Below, piece after piece: positions 1 through 13,511 of a stretch of DNA of 64,000 bases; position 1 is the stretch's first letter, and each line of letters begins with the position of its first letter. The stretch is from NCBI GenBank assembly GCA_007693635.1, contig REDE01000127.1:2095-66094 (forward strand), read 5' to 3'. This stretch comes from Flavobacteriales bacterium. GTDB taxonomy: Bacteria > Bacteroidota > Bacteroidia > Flavobacteriales > Schleiferiaceae. Below the pieces are notes generated by a model. It was not told the origin of the DNA. It saw nothing but the letters and a program-made list of their open reading frames with translations, and made no database searches. A program made the translations under genes and the position numbers.

Positions 1-547
1 AAATGACCAACTGGGAAAGCTCAACTTGTGCATTGATTAACGGGACACTATCGATATGCAGATTGCGGAAAAACTCTTGAACTTCTGAGGGGGTAACTTC
101 CACGTTACGAATAATTTTACCACGCATTCGGTCGGCCACCAGGTTATCGTGAACAATGCTCTGGAGCATTTCTTTAATCTCGGGAATGGACTTACCGTAA
201 TATTCAGCTACACGCTCTTCAGAGCCCATTTGCTGCGCCAACATTTTCAATCGACCGTCTATTGTGGCTTCAATCTCATCATCACCCACTACAACACTAT
301 CGACCTCCGCTTGGTGAATAAGTAATTTCTCAAAGAGTAACTCCTCAAAAACCTCGCATAGGTCTTCTTTCTTGTTGGTGAGAAATCCCTGTCGAACATA
401 ATTGGCGTGCCGCTCCTCCACGTCGGATTTGAGGATGATGTTATTACCTACAACACCAACTATCCCGTCGGCAAGTACCTGAGCTTTTGAAAAAACCGGT
501 AAAATAGCCAACAAGACGAAGCCATTTTTAATAAATCTCTGCCACAT
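1..547 (-). CDS. SurA-like periplasmic chaperone / peptidyl-prolyl isomerase, N-terminal part (3' end runs off the window)
   Basis: Not in the ORF track because it is truncated. Minus-strand ATG at 547..545 gives MWQRFIKNGFVLLAILPVFSKAQVLADGIVGVVGNNIILKSDVEE...RLKMLAQQMGSEERVAEYYGKSIPEIKEM. This is a signal peptide followed by a SurA N-terminal-domain-like pattern. The frame is open to position 1. It overlaps the stop of the upstream gene by 20 nt. Confidence 0.7.
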   Translation of the reverse strand, partial: MWQRFIKNGFVLLAILPVFSKAQVLADGIVGVVGNNIILKSDVEERHANYVRQGFLTNKKEDLCEVFEELLFEKLLIHQAEVDSVVVGDDEIEATIDGRLKMLAQQMGSEERVAEYYGKSIPEIKEMLQSIVHDNLVADRMRGKIIRNVEVTPSEVQEFFRNLHIDSVPLINAQVELSQLVI

Positions 548-1394
548 TTTTGGTAATTCCATCTTTAAATATTTTTTGTTCGAGTTTTTCTAAAATCTCC
601 AATCTGCGCTTGTTCATCAAAATAGAGCGAATACTTCGCTCGACATACGTCATTGGCGCTTCTGACTCCTTGAGTTTATATTCCAAAATATTGATGAAGT
701 ATACGTAAAGATCGTCTGAAAACCTCAATTTATTTTTCCTAGCGAGAAACTCGTTGCTGTGTCCCTGAATGACAGGGAGCTCACGCATCAATTCATTGAA
801 ATTCATCCAAATGGTATCGTCGGTAAAATACATTTGCGCCGCTTGTACCGCAATATCGAAGAGTTCCTCGCGGTCATTTTCCTTATTGCTGAAAAACAAA
901 TTTTCTATTTTCCTTAAATTGGGGACATCATTTGGAAAAACCGCATACTCCACACGAAAAATATTCTCCTTAAGCAGGAATTGCGAACGGTTTTCATCGT
1001 AGTAGCGATTGATTTCTGCTTGATCAATAATGGTATCCAAATTTTCAGACAAAAATGCCTGTTGATAAGCAAAAATCATCAAATCGCGTCGGTAGTCTTC
1101 GATTTGCAAATCAAATTGCTTTTGTTGCTCCGTCAGATTGAATTCCGCACGTTGCAAGAGCAGCTGATCTTTAACCCATCGGTTGACGAATCGGTTGACA
1201 ACTTGAACGCTGTCGAGCGAATCGCTAGGGATTTCCACACCCCGAATTCGAATTTCCTCCCAAGTGAGAACTTTTTCATTCACCCGTGCTAATACAGCAA
1301 CATTTGAGTCCTTGCGAAAGGTGAAATCGCAAGAACCCAAATGGAGTGCTATTCCAAATACAACAAGCAAGAAATTCAGCGGCTTTTTCAGCAT
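528..1394 (-). CDS. Hypothetical lipoprotein, chaperone-like helical protein without a recognisable PPIase domain
   Basis: 288-aa ORF. The N-terminus MLKKPLNFLLVVFGIALHLGSC has a lipobox-like LGSC. It lies between two PPIase/chaperone genes, with a 4-nt gap upstream and a 20-nt overlap downstream. Confidence 0.5.
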   Translation of the reverse strand: MLKKPLNFLLVVFGIALHLGSCDFTFRKDSNVAVLARVNEKVLTWEEIRIRGVEIPSDSLDSVQVVNRFVNRWVKDQLLLQRAEFNLTEQQKQFDLQIEDYRRDLMIFAYQQAFLSENLDTIIDQAEINRYYDENRSQFLLKENIFRVEYAVFPNDVPNLRKIENLFFSNKENDREELFDIAVQAAQMYFTDDTIWMNFNELMRELPVIQGHSNEFLARKNKLRFSDDLYVYFINILEYKLKESEAPMTYVERSIRSILMNKRRLEILEKLEQKIFKDGITKNVAEIY

Positions 1395-1398
1395 TGGA

Positions 1399-3360
1399 TT
1401 ATTTAGCCTTTAAAATTTTTGGTTTAATTTCTTCGAAGACCTCACGGTTGATGCGAACTTCAAACTCACCTCTCAAGCGTTCAACCCATTGTTCTTCAAG
1501 TTCGATCTGATACGCTGCACTGGCTGCTCCCCAAGCTTCTTTCAATTCTTTAGGAGCTGCTGGCATAAATTCACGCACCTGAATCACACGTAGCATATTA
1601 TCACCAGCATCCGCAACCACTGAACGGGTATTTCCCCACACAGCATCGAGTTCGGCATAGGTTCCTCGAGTTACAGTTGCTGAATCAATCCTCACGGCCA
1701 AGGCATTGTTTTGGGATGCCTTTTGTACCAGCTTATCTACAGATTTATTCCGAGCAAGTCGCTTTTGTAATTTACGAGCAAGTTTGGAGTCATTTGTGGT
1801 ATAGGTGTGGATACGGGCACGATCTGGCCACTGAAAACGATCTTGATTTGCAGTAAAAAAGGCAGTAAGACCAACAGTATCCGTCATACTTGGGCGCCAA
1901 ATTTCTTTTTCCATCAATTCAAAAAGCAGAATACCGTTGCGATACTCGTTAACCAGATAGCGGAATTCGGGATATTTTCTTTCCAAATTTTCGTCTTCAT
2001 AGGCCAAAACCTTTTCGTCGACCCAATTGCGAAAATGTGCATGCCCTACTCCAAGTTTGTTATCGCCCTGTATGTTGTTGGAATTATTGGCAATGTACTT
2101 TGCAAATTCCAATTGTCCAAACGAGCGATCAGCCAATGAAAATAAGGGAGCGTCCTTCAGTGAGGCTGGGACTTCGTATCCCTTAGACATGAAATCGTTG
2201 GGAAGCGAATTTAAAAAGCGGTCGAGATTACGCTGATTGACTTGGTAATTATATTCTGATTTGAGTCTATCAATTGCTGAACGACGACTAAGATTAGAGC
2301 GCTCATCTCTTTGAACACGTTGGGCCAAGGTTGGGCGCACCTCTTCAAAAGCACCGGGGCCTACACGCTCCAAGACTTTAATAATATGCCAACCGTAGGG
2401 CGTTCGCACTGGCTGCGAAACATCGCCTTTTTTCTCTAGGGCAAAAGCAGCCTCCTCAAATTCAGAGACCATATCATTGATTCCAAAAGCTTGGAGTTCA
2501 CCTCCTTTGCTTGCCGTATTTCGATCCTCAGAGTATTGACGAGCCAGGGTTTCAAAAGACTCGCCGCCTTCTTTTAGTTTTCGGTAGACTTCTCGTATTC
2601 GAGCCTCAGCAGCTTCAGCTTGCTGGGGTGTACTCTTATCGTTGGCGATGGCCATAATATGCGCAACTCGAATAGTTCCACGAGCAATTCGCTTATCGGT
2701 TGGCATCACTACGTGGTAGCCAAAACGCGAGCGAACGATTCGACTAACTTTATTAACATCCGTTTGATAGGCCGCAGATTCAAATGGATAAACCATATCG
2801 AAAACTGTAAAGTACCCCAAATCGCCATTGCGTTTTGCTGAATAATCGTCGTTGGAATATTTTTTAGCTAATGCTCCAAAATTGCTATTATCTGGCGCCA
2901 ATTCACTTAAAATCTTGGTGATTTTACGAAAGGCGGCCAATGTGTCTGCCGGCGACGCGTTTTCATCGACGGCAATCATAATGTGCGAGGCGCGAATATC
3001 TGTTTTTGAGCGCTCATACGCCTCATAAATAAGTCGGCCATCCATTGATTTATCCATCAAATAGGGCTTAGCCAATTGTCCTCTGTAAGCCAAGAACTCA
3101 TTGCGCACGTTAGGTAAAGTATCCAAACCTTTGCGTTGCGCATCTTTTACTTTGAGCATAAAATTGATATACAGCTCAAGGTATTCTTCCGGTGTTTTAG
3201 GATCGACTTCCTGACCAATTTCTCTGTTCTTATTGTAAACAGCAGAAAACTCGCCTGCAGTAACCTCCTCTCCGTCAACCGAAAAAATCACTTTTTCCGA
3301 CCATTGCGCAGATAGCATTCCCACACAAATTGTTAAAGCAAATACCAGATATTTTCTCAT
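1399..3360 (-). CDS. PpiC/parvulin-type peptidyl-prolyl cis-trans isomerase (PpiD/SurA-like, two parvulin domains)
   Basis: ORF 1399..3450. The preferred start is ATG 3360, giving the signal peptide MRKYLVFALTICVGMLSAQ. Two parvulin-like signatures are present: RASHIMIAV...FGYHVVM and RVAHIMAI...YGWHIIKV. Confidence 0.8.
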   Translation of the reverse strand: MRKYLVFALTICVGMLSAQWSEKVIFSVDGEEVTAGEFSAVYNKNREIGQEVDPKTPEEYLELYINFMLKVKDAQRKGLDTLPNVRNEFLAYRGQLAKPYLMDKSMDGRLIYEAYERSKTDIRASHIMIAVDENASPADTLAAFRKITKILSELAPDNSNFGALAKKYSNDDYSAKRNGDLGYFTVFDMVYPFESAAYQTDVNKVSRIVRSRFGYHVVMPTDKRIARGTIRVAHIMAIANDKSTPQQAEAAEARIREVYRKLKEGGESFETLARQYSEDRNTASKGGELQAFGINDMVSEFEEAAFALEKKGDVSQPVRTPYGWHIIKVLERVGPGAFEEVRPTLAQRVQRDERSNLSRRSAIDRLKSEYNYQVNQRNLDRFLNSLPNDFMSKGYEVPASLKDAPLFSLADRSFGQLEFAKYIANNSNNIQGDNKLGVGHAHFRNWVDEKVLAYEDENLERKYPEFRYLVNEYRNGILLFELMEKEIWRPSMTDTVGLTAFFTANQDRFQWPDRARIHTYTTNDSKLARKLQKRLARNKSVDKLVQKASQNNALAVRIDSATVTRGTYAELDAVWGNTRSVVADAGDNMLRVIQVREFMPAAPKELKEAWGAASAAYQIELEEQWVERLRGEFEVRINREVFEEIKPKILKAK

Positions 3361-3413
3361 AGAAACAGATTTTGAAAAAGACAAATTAGAATAAAAATTG
3401 GTTAAAAAACAAT

Positions 3414-3454
3414 GCGTAAAAGTAAAAAGGTGCTTGCAAAGAACAAGCACCTTT
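3414..3454 (-). terminator. Rho-independent terminator downstream of guaB
   Basis: The 11-bp stem aaaggtgcttg / caagcaccttt has a 7-nt loop. On the minus strand it is followed by TTTTTACTTTT. Confidence 0.75.
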
Positions 3455-3498
3455 ACTTTTAAAATTCCTTAATTTTGAAAATACACAACAATCGACTG

Positions 3499-4977
<1,479 letters not shown>

Positions 4978-4980
4978 TTA

Positions 4981-4996
4981 GCAATTTATAAATTGC
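4981..4996. promoter_or_regulatory. Perfect 16-bp palindrome GCAATTTATAAATTGC between the guaB -7 box and the start codon (candidate operator)
   Basis: The half-sites gcaattta / taaattgc are exact reverse complements. The palindrome lies 7 nt upstream of the guaB ATG (4974) and 4 nt downstream of the -7 box. Confidence 0.4.
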
Positions 4997-4999
4997 ACG

Positions 5000-5007
5000 C
5001 AAAAGTA
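5000..5007 (-). promoter_or_regulatory. Bacteroidota-type -7 promoter box TActTTTG for guaB
   Basis: The minus strand reads TACTTTTG, a perfect match to TAnnTTTG, 26 nt upstream of the ATG. Confidence 0.5.
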
Positions 5008-5065
5008 CGGCAATTTAGTTTAGTTAGAGCCCTAATGGACAAAAAGTTTAAACATCCCATTAAAA

Positions 5066-5096
5066 CACAAAAAAGCGGCTTGGAATTCCAAGCCGC
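5066..5096 (-). terminator. Rho-independent terminator downstream of the 1173-aa T9SS protein gene
   Basis: The stem gcggcttgg / ccaagccgc has the loop aatt. The minus strand continues TTTTTTGTG. Confidence 0.8.
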
Positions 5097-5119
5097 TTTT
5101 GATTAAATCAATATGAGAT

Positions 5120-8100
5120 TTACTGTATCAAAGTAAAGGTACCCATAATCTCTTCGGGCAAGCCACCAACGGTTTGGTAGCGCACAAAGTACGTATACAC
5201 GCCTGTTGGTGACAAGGTACTACCTACGTAGCCGTCCCATTCTTCATTGGGGTTTTTGGTTTCAAAAACAACCTTACCCCAACGATCTACTACTACGAAA
5301 CTAAAACCTCGAACATCAGTGAATCGATTTTTAACACCAAAGGTGCGGTTTGCTTCAATAGAAGATAAAGGTCGGAACGCATTTGGTAGAACCACTTTCG
5401 CTTTTTGTGTGACACATACCGTGTTTGAGCGACTACGGAATGGCTTAAATCCATCAGGCAACTCCAGAGGATTGTTGCGCTCTACCGCACGAACCTGGTA
5501 GCACAGCGTAGCAATATCGCCAGATACGTCACGAATATTGTCTACAAATACGGTGTCGTTCGGACCTAAGTTATCAGCGATAAGTCGCATAGCGCCAGTT
5601 TCGCCCTCTGAACGGAATACTTCGTAACGATCAATTTCGCCGAGGAATCCAATGTGTGCGTTCCAAGATAACCAGTTTTGCTCAGAGCGCTTGGTTTCTA
5701 CATTCAAGAGAATGTTGTTCATCGTATTCGAAGTAGTATCTACACCACCACAGCTGTCTGCTGCAATCAAGCGGTAGTAGTATACACCACCAGATGGATC
5801 AGCTTGATAATCTACATACGTGAACGTGAAAGGAGCGCGCTTTGGAACTTCAATCGTAGCAAGTGTGAAGAAAGAACCATTGCGGTCCGTAGATCTTTCG
5901 ATGATCAAAGTAGTCGCATCAGCATCCGGGTCGACAAAGCCTCGGAAGAAAATACCGTCACCACGAACATCCGTCTCGGAGATGTACAATAAATCCATTG
6001 GATTGGGAACACCAGGATTCATACATACCGGCACCGACTCTGAAATTCGTACACTGTCCATATGCCTAGCTACAACTCGATAACAGTACTCTGCACCAGA
6101 AATAAATTCCGTCTGCACAAAAGATGTATCGTTAGGCCCACCACTGAAAAGCAGTTGGTCGGGCAGGACACCAATGTTAGGATCATTTATGTCTGCGAGA
6201 ATATCATACCCTACCAGACTATTGCCCCAACCTTTATATGAATTCCAAGATAAAGTATTGGTTCCACCGCAAACATCGACATCCGTCTCCAAAAGCAGTG
6301 TATTGTGGGCAACAACAGGAATATCATTACTAATATTACCACAGCTATCTACAGATATCACTTTAAAGCGCTCTACCCTACCTGAGGCCAGAGAACCTAA
6401 CCAAGTATAGGTGCTAAGTCCACCAACGGTATCGATAATATCCCACTGCTGAGTTGTTTCGTTGAAGAATAGGATGTAGTACGCAACGACATCTCCACTG
6501 AGAGATTGGTTGAAATTGATCTGCGCAAAACCATCCGTATCAACCGTAACGTAGTTGATCTTTATGGTATCGTTATTCGTAACATCCGAGAAAACTCCAC
6601 CGATCACATTCGAGTAATTCATACAATTCACACTAGAGTCACTAGAATAACTCTCGTATTTCACTCGGAAGTTAACATCCAATGAGCAGACCATAACACC
6701 TTCTAACCAAGCTCGAGCAGTGGTATCCCCTAAGGTTTGCCAGTTATTTGAACCGGCCGGTGCTTCCATCTCCACCTCGTAAGTAATTGGTGTTGTAACA
6801 CCCGGACGAGGGTTATTCCAATTTAACAGCGCCGTATCCTTATCCGCAGCAGCCAAAGGCAATTGCGTTAACTGCAGGTCTAAGGTTGAAACAACATTAG
6901 AGTATGGAGAAATATAGTCACAACCTACATTTGTGAAAGTCCTAAAAAAGAGCGGGTGATTAAAGGTGTCTGGATACAACAACATACCTGGGTCGTATGC
7001 AGCAACTGTATCTATCGAGATGAAGTTACCGGAATTGTTAGTGTCCACCTGGATTACATGGTAGTTGAACCGGAACCCTGTATCTGACGGAGGTATCATT
7101 GTAAGCTCAATACCGTTTTCGGTACGACTAGCACACACTATTTCTGGGTCATTCGCAAAACCAGCTTGTACATCAACAACTACGGTGACGAGTGTACGCG
7201 ATGGTGTTGGACAGAAATTATCTTCCATTTTTAGATAGAATACATACTCGTTGGAGAATACACCACAACCAATATTTGCCGCCAAGTGATTACAATCGGT
7301 TTGCCAGAAAAACTCGATGGTATTATTCAATGTTGAAACAAAGCCCGTTTGACCAGGAGCTGGGGTAATAAGTGCACAAGGAGGATTCAAACAATCTGTA
7401 GGATCGTTCCAGTTAGCACCTCCCAACTGACCACTAGCCGCAACGAATGTAATGGTTTGAAATTGGAAGTTGGGAAGCAGGTCAAAATCTTGAGCGTTCA
7501 TGGTGAAGCGCACCGTATCTCCTGCCTCAGCAACAAAACGATAGGTATTTGGTGCAGGCATTGTCAATGGCAAAGTCGTATCTGGAACGAAGGTTACCGT
7601 AGGCGCACTATTGTTAGGAACAGGTATTGGCGGGCTTGCTGTGGTATATGCTGCCGGACAGTTTGCGGTAACAATCTGCACGTCACGATAAACCGCCGCA
7701 ATGGGCAAACCACATCGGTATGCCAACACCTCGGTATTGGTGGTAAATGTACCATTCACATGAGATTCAAAGGTAATCAAACCCGTAACTGGATCCAGGT
7801 TGGCCGCAACACTTGGGGCCGCCGAAGGCATTGGGTTCGTAAAGGTATAACCTCCTTGAAATGGCACCGATTGGTTGAGCGCCACTAAAGGTGCAGCCCA
7901 ATCATAAACCAACGAATCTAGTTCCGCATCAAAAGCCAAAGGCCCGTAGGTAAAGGGCTCACCTTGACAAGAAACTACACTAGGTAGTTCAAGGAATTCA
8001 GGTGAATTATCGTAACAAGGGAACATTGGAGTAAACGGCGGCAACGCACCGTGAGCGCGCGGATTCGCGACGTTTGGATAAGGATACATCTCAGACTTCA

Positions 8101-8641
8101 AAAAGAACTGAGGCTGACTAACGACGTTAGTTGCACTATTTCTACAACAGTGTGGACCCAAAGTTATAGTCCAAGCTCCGTTTAACGGCGGACTACCATT
8201 GAGCTGCATCGCATTGGAACGGTAAACAAACTCCGCCACAGCACCAGCTCCATTAAGTGGCCCTGTAGCACTATTGCTAGTAATTGGAGGACCACAAGCC
8301 CAGCCTAGGGAGTTGTTGAAACAATCGGGGGAGATATCCGTAGTTGAAACCAAAATGGTTGGAGAACTATTTGGACCACCTCCTGAATAACCTCCTACAA
8401 CGAAATTAACGTTGAAGTTATTAAAAATATTAATTGCCCCCGTACAGTCGCCATAAAGCTTAGCGATAAAAACGAACCTACCGTGGTCTGCTACGGTGTA
8501 GTTCGCACTGTACTCGGCATTAATTTGTAGTCGGTTATCTGGCGATAAACAGTACCAAAAAATCTCGCCTCCACGAACGTGTGTGGAATGAGCACTAAAC
8601 TGTGCCAGCAAGATGAAGGTAAAAAGAAGAAGCCTTTTCAT
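5120..8641 (-). CDS. Large secreted protein with a T9SS type B (gliding-motility-associated) C-terminal sorting domain
   Basis: 1173 aa. It has the signal peptide MKRLLLFTFILLAQFSAHS followed by THVRGGEIFW. The C-terminus is LPNAFRP...VVDRWGKVVFE...EEWDGY...PTGVYTYFVRY...GTFTLIQ, the type B CTD pattern. Confidence 0.8.
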   Translation of the reverse strand: MKRLLLFTFILLAQFSAHSTHVRGGEIFWYCLSPDNRLQINAEYSANYTVADHGRFVFIAKLYGDCTGAINIFNNFNVNFVVGGYSGGGPNSSPTILVSTTDISPDCFNNSLGWACGPPITSNSATGPLNGAGAVAEFVYRSNAMQLNGSPPLNGAWTITLGPHCCRNSATNVVSQPQFFLKSEMYPYPNVANPRAHGALPPFTPMFPCYDNSPEFLELPSVVSCQGEPFTYGPLAFDAELDSLVYDWAAPLVALNQSVPFQGGYTFTNPMPSAAPSVAANLDPVTGLITFESHVNGTFTTNTEVLAYRCGLPIAAVYRDVQIVTANCPAAYTTASPPIPVPNNSAPTVTFVPDTTLPLTMPAPNTYRFVAEAGDTVRFTMNAQDFDLLPNFQFQTITFVAASGQLGGANWNDPTDCLNPPCALITPAPGQTGFVSTLNNTIEFFWQTDCNHLAANIGCGVFSNEYVFYLKMEDNFCPTPSRTLVTVVVDVQAGFANDPEIVCASRTENGIELTMIPPSDTGFRFNYHVIQVDTNNSGNFISIDTVAAYDPGMLLYPDTFNHPLFFRTFTNVGCDYISPYSNVVSTLDLQLTQLPLAAADKDTALLNWNNPRPGVTTPITYEVEMEAPAGSNNWQTLGDTTARAWLEGVMVCSLDVNFRVKYESYSSDSSVNCMNYSNVIGGVFSDVTNNDTIKINYVTVDTDGFAQINFNQSLSGDVVAYYILFFNETTQQWDIIDTVGGLSTYTWLGSLASGRVERFKVISVDSCGNISNDIPVVAHNTLLLETDVDVCGGTNTLSWNSYKGWGNSLVGYDILADINDPNIGVLPDQLLFSGGPNDTSFVQTEFISGAEYCYRVVARHMDSVRISESVPVCMNPGVPNPMDLLYISETDVRGDGIFFRGFVDPDADATTLIIERSTDRNGSFFTLATIEVPKRAPFTFTYVDYQADPSGGVYYYRLIAADSCGGVDTTSNTMNNILLNVETKRSEQNWLSWNAHIGFLGEIDRYEVFRSEGETGAMRLIADNLGPNDTVFVDNIRDVSGDIATLCYQVRAVERNNPLELPDGFKPFRSRSNTVCVTQKAKVVLPNAFRPLSSIEANRTFGVKNRFTDVRGFSFVVVDRWGKVVFETKNPNEEWDGYVGSTLSPTGVYTYFVRYQTVGGLPEEIMGTFTLIQ

Positions 8642-8707
8642 GATAAATAGTTTTGATTCACGGATAAAAATTTTGCGACAACATCATTATGATATTTTTC
8701 ACAAGCA

Positions 8708-8715
8708 CAAATGTA
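8708..8715 (-). promoter_or_regulatory. -7 promoter box TAcaTTTG upstream of the 1173-aa T9SS gene
   Basis: The minus strand reads TACATTTG, about 65 nt upstream of the ATG at 8641. Confidence 0.4.
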
Positions 8716-8797
8716 ATTCAGACTCAAGTTTTTTTGATGCAAACTTATATAATAGGTCACTTAAAATTAGTTATCGTCGAAAATTTCGAGTTTTACT

Positions 8798-9379
8798 TTA
8801 AAGCACAAATCCAATTGAGAGTTGTAATAGTCCATGTCGCGAGCCTGAACTACCCGCAGGGTCTTTAAAAACATTACTCAAACCTAAATCATAACTCAAC
8901 GAAGCCTCAATAAAGCGCAAGCGAACGCCGGCGGAAATTATCCAACCCCATTGCAGACGTCGGACTTCTTCTGAGAGCGATTCCATGCCTTCATCTTCTC
9001 GTATGGAAAGAATCCCGTGTCCAGCCAATCCGGTCTGTGCAAAAACCGTAATAGCCTTTAAATCGAGCACCTCTAATCCAATCTGAACCGGTACACGAAG
9101 CTGAGTAAACTGCAGGGACCCTGTTAATGTCTGATCGTCTAAATCGTACTCAAGTCCAGATTCAGAACCCATCAAGTGAACGCCACCTCGAAAATAAAAG
9201 CTCGAGCCCAGCATCACATCTGCGCCAATCTGATATCCTCTTCGCATAAAGGAACTGTTATCTGAATCCGGATTGGATATTCGATAGCCATTAACACCAC
9301 CCCCCAGATACAGTAACTGGGCTTGGATAAACCCTGAAAACAAAAGCATTATAAAGACCAAAAATCGTCTTGAACTCAT
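8798..9379 (-). CDS. Small outer-membrane beta-barrel protein (PorT/OmpW-like porin family)
   Basis: 193 aa. It has the signal peptide MSSRRFLVFIMLLFSGFIQAQ, alternating amphipathic beta-strand pattern, and an aromatic/hydrophobic C-terminal strand LLQLSIGFVL. Confidence 0.6.
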   Translation of the reverse strand: MSSRRFLVFIMLLFSGFIQAQLLYLGGGVNGYRISNPDSDNSSFMRRGYQIGADVMLGSSFYFRGGVHLMGSESGLEYDLDDQTLTGSLQFTQLRVPVQIGLEVLDLKAITVFAQTGLAGHGILSIREDEGMESLSEEVRRLQWGWIISAGVRLRFIEASLSYDLGLSNVFKDPAGSSGSRHGLLQLSIGFVL

Positions 9380-9434
9380 ACGGATATTTGTTGAAGTAAG
9401 TTTTCACATCTAATCTCGGCCAAAAATACAAAAT

Positions 9435-12291
<2,857 letters not shown>

Positions 12292-12300
12292 AACTGTAGT

Positions 12301-12756
12301 TTAGTTTTTCTGTAAATCGCGAATAATACGCAGCGCTTCCTCCATATGACGTTCGGCTTGTAATTGGCTATTGAATATGTGAATAATTTCCGCATCAGCG
12401 TTCATCACATAGGTCACTCTTCCCGGCAATAAACCCAAAAGATTAGTAGGAACACCCACTTCTTTTCTCAACTTTGACCCCCGATCAGAAAGCAGTCGAA
12501 AGGGTAAATTATATTTTTTAGCAAAATTGGCATGTGAAACCGGATCATCGCTGCTAACCCCCAAAACGGGTACGCCGAGATCCTGGAAATCTTCATAAGC
12601 ATCGCGGAAACTACAGGCCTGCTTTGTACATCCCGGGGTGTCGTCTTTGGGGTAAAAATACACGACAAACGGAGCTCCCTTCAGTTGTTCCATATCAAAT
12701 AACTCGCCCGTTTGATCAGCTAAGCGCTTCAGGGGAAATTTTTTCTTCTCAGACAT
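12301..12756 (-). CDS. bcp: Thioredoxin-dependent thiol peroxidase (peroxiredoxin Bcp)
   Basis: 151 aa. It has the motif YFYPKDDTPGCTKQAC with the peroxidatic Cys. Confidence 0.9.
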   Translation of the reverse strand: MSEKKKFPLKRLADQTGELFDMEQLKGAPFVVYFYPKDDTPGCTKQACSFRDAYEDFQDLGVPVLGVSSDDPVSHANFAKKYNLPFRLLSDRGSKLRKEVGVPTNLLGLLPGRVTYVMNADAEIIHIFNSQLQAERHMEEALRIIRDLQKN

Positions 12757-12826
12757 ATTTATGTTTTATTAAAGTAACAACCAATCAAGAAGATGGTTTA
12801 AAGTGGAGCTGGGCAAAGAAAAATAA

Positions 12827-12862
12827 AAAACCTTGCAAATCAAAAAAGATTTACAAGGTTTT
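12827..12862 (-). terminator. Rho-independent terminator just downstream of the tRNA
   Basis: The arms aaaaccttgcaaatc / gatttacaaggtttt pair with one mismatch around the loop aaaaaa. The minus strand continues TTTTTTATTTTT. Confidence 0.7.
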
Positions 12863-12869
12863 ATTATAG

Positions 12870-12943
12870 TAGCGAGGACGGGAGTTGAACCCGTGACCTC
12901 AGGGTTATGAATCCTGCGCTCTAACCATCTGAGCTACCTCGCC
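12870..12943 (-). tRNA. tRNA with anticodon CAT: tRNA-Met, or possibly lysidine-dependent tRNA-Ile2
   Basis: The minus strand reads GGCGAGGTAGCTCAGATGGTTAGAGCGCAGGATTCATAACCCTGAGGTCACGGGTTCAACTCCCGTCCTCGCTA. It folds as a cloverleaf with a 7-bp acceptor stem (G1-U72 wobble), D stem GCTC/GAGC, anticodon loop TTCATAA, and T arm ACGGG-TTCAACT-CCCGT. CCA is not encoded. Confidence 0.85.
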
Positions 12944-12954
12944 GAAAGCGGGTG

Positions 12955-12962
12955 CAAATATA
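12955..12962 (-). promoter_or_regulatory. -7 promoter box TAtaTTTG (extended TATATTTGCACCC) for the tRNA
   Basis: The minus strand reads TATATTTGCACCCGCTTTC immediately before the tRNA 5' end. Confidence 0.55.
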
Positions 12963-13124
12963 GTCAAGTTGACAATTTCAGCTATACACAATGTGTGATT
13001 TTTTTCAATTTAAACAAAAAAGGACATTAACACGTTGATTCACAAAATCAAACTTAATCATCTCACATATCAAAAAGTTGTTTATATTGCGCTGCGTAAA
13101 CAAAAGCTATCTAAGTTATTCAAT

Positions 13125-13511
13125 ATGGAAAAAGTAAAATTTGAATTGGAGTTCTCCGTAAAAGCATCTCCAGCGATGTTGTACACGTTTTTTTCAACGC
13201 CGAGCGGTTTGGCTGATTGGTTTGCCGACAATGTGAATTCAAGGGGGGAAATGTTTACTTTTTTCTGGGGAGACAGTGAGGAGTCAGCGAAAATGATCAG
13301 CAAGAAAAAAGGCAAATTTGTTCGCTTTCGCTGGGAAGACGACGTTGATGAAGGAAATGATTACTACTTTGAATTCAATATCGTCGTGGATGAACTTACG
13401 AAAGACGTATCGCTGTTGGTAACTGACTTTTCTGATGAAGATGAAATTGAAGAAAACAAACTTTTATGGGAGAGTCAAATCAACCGTTTACTCCATCTAA
13501 TTGGGTCATAA
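13125..13511 (+). CDS. START/SRPBCC (AHSA1-like) domain protein
   Basis: ORF 13035..13511. The preferred start is ATG 13125 (MEKVKFELEFSVKASPAMLYTFFSTPSGLADWFADNV). This is the typical N-terminal pattern of small START-like proteins, with an acidic tail. Confidence 0.55.
   Translation: MEKVKFELEFSVKASPAMLYTFFSTPSGLADWFADNVNSRGEMFTFFWGDSEESAKMISKKKGKFVRFRWEDDVDEGNDYYFEFNIVVDELTKDVSLLVTDFSDEDEIEENKLLWESQINRLLHLIGS

Noticed and set aside
7349-7888. A 179-aa plus-strand ORF inside the 1173-aa T9SS gene. Similar antisense ORFs occur at 53397..53927, 9676..10068, 27009..27404 and 35201..35575, among others.
   Set aside because: All lie fully within strongly supported genes on the opposite strand. 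They have Arg/Cys/Trp-rich shadow-frame composition and are treated as spurious.
12757-13124. The tRNA-CAT locus, considered as a possible integration hotspot or genomic island boundary.
   Set aside because: I saw no integrase, no direct repeat of the tRNA 3' end, and no composition change. The flanking genes (bcp, START-like, cdaA) are ordinary core genes.
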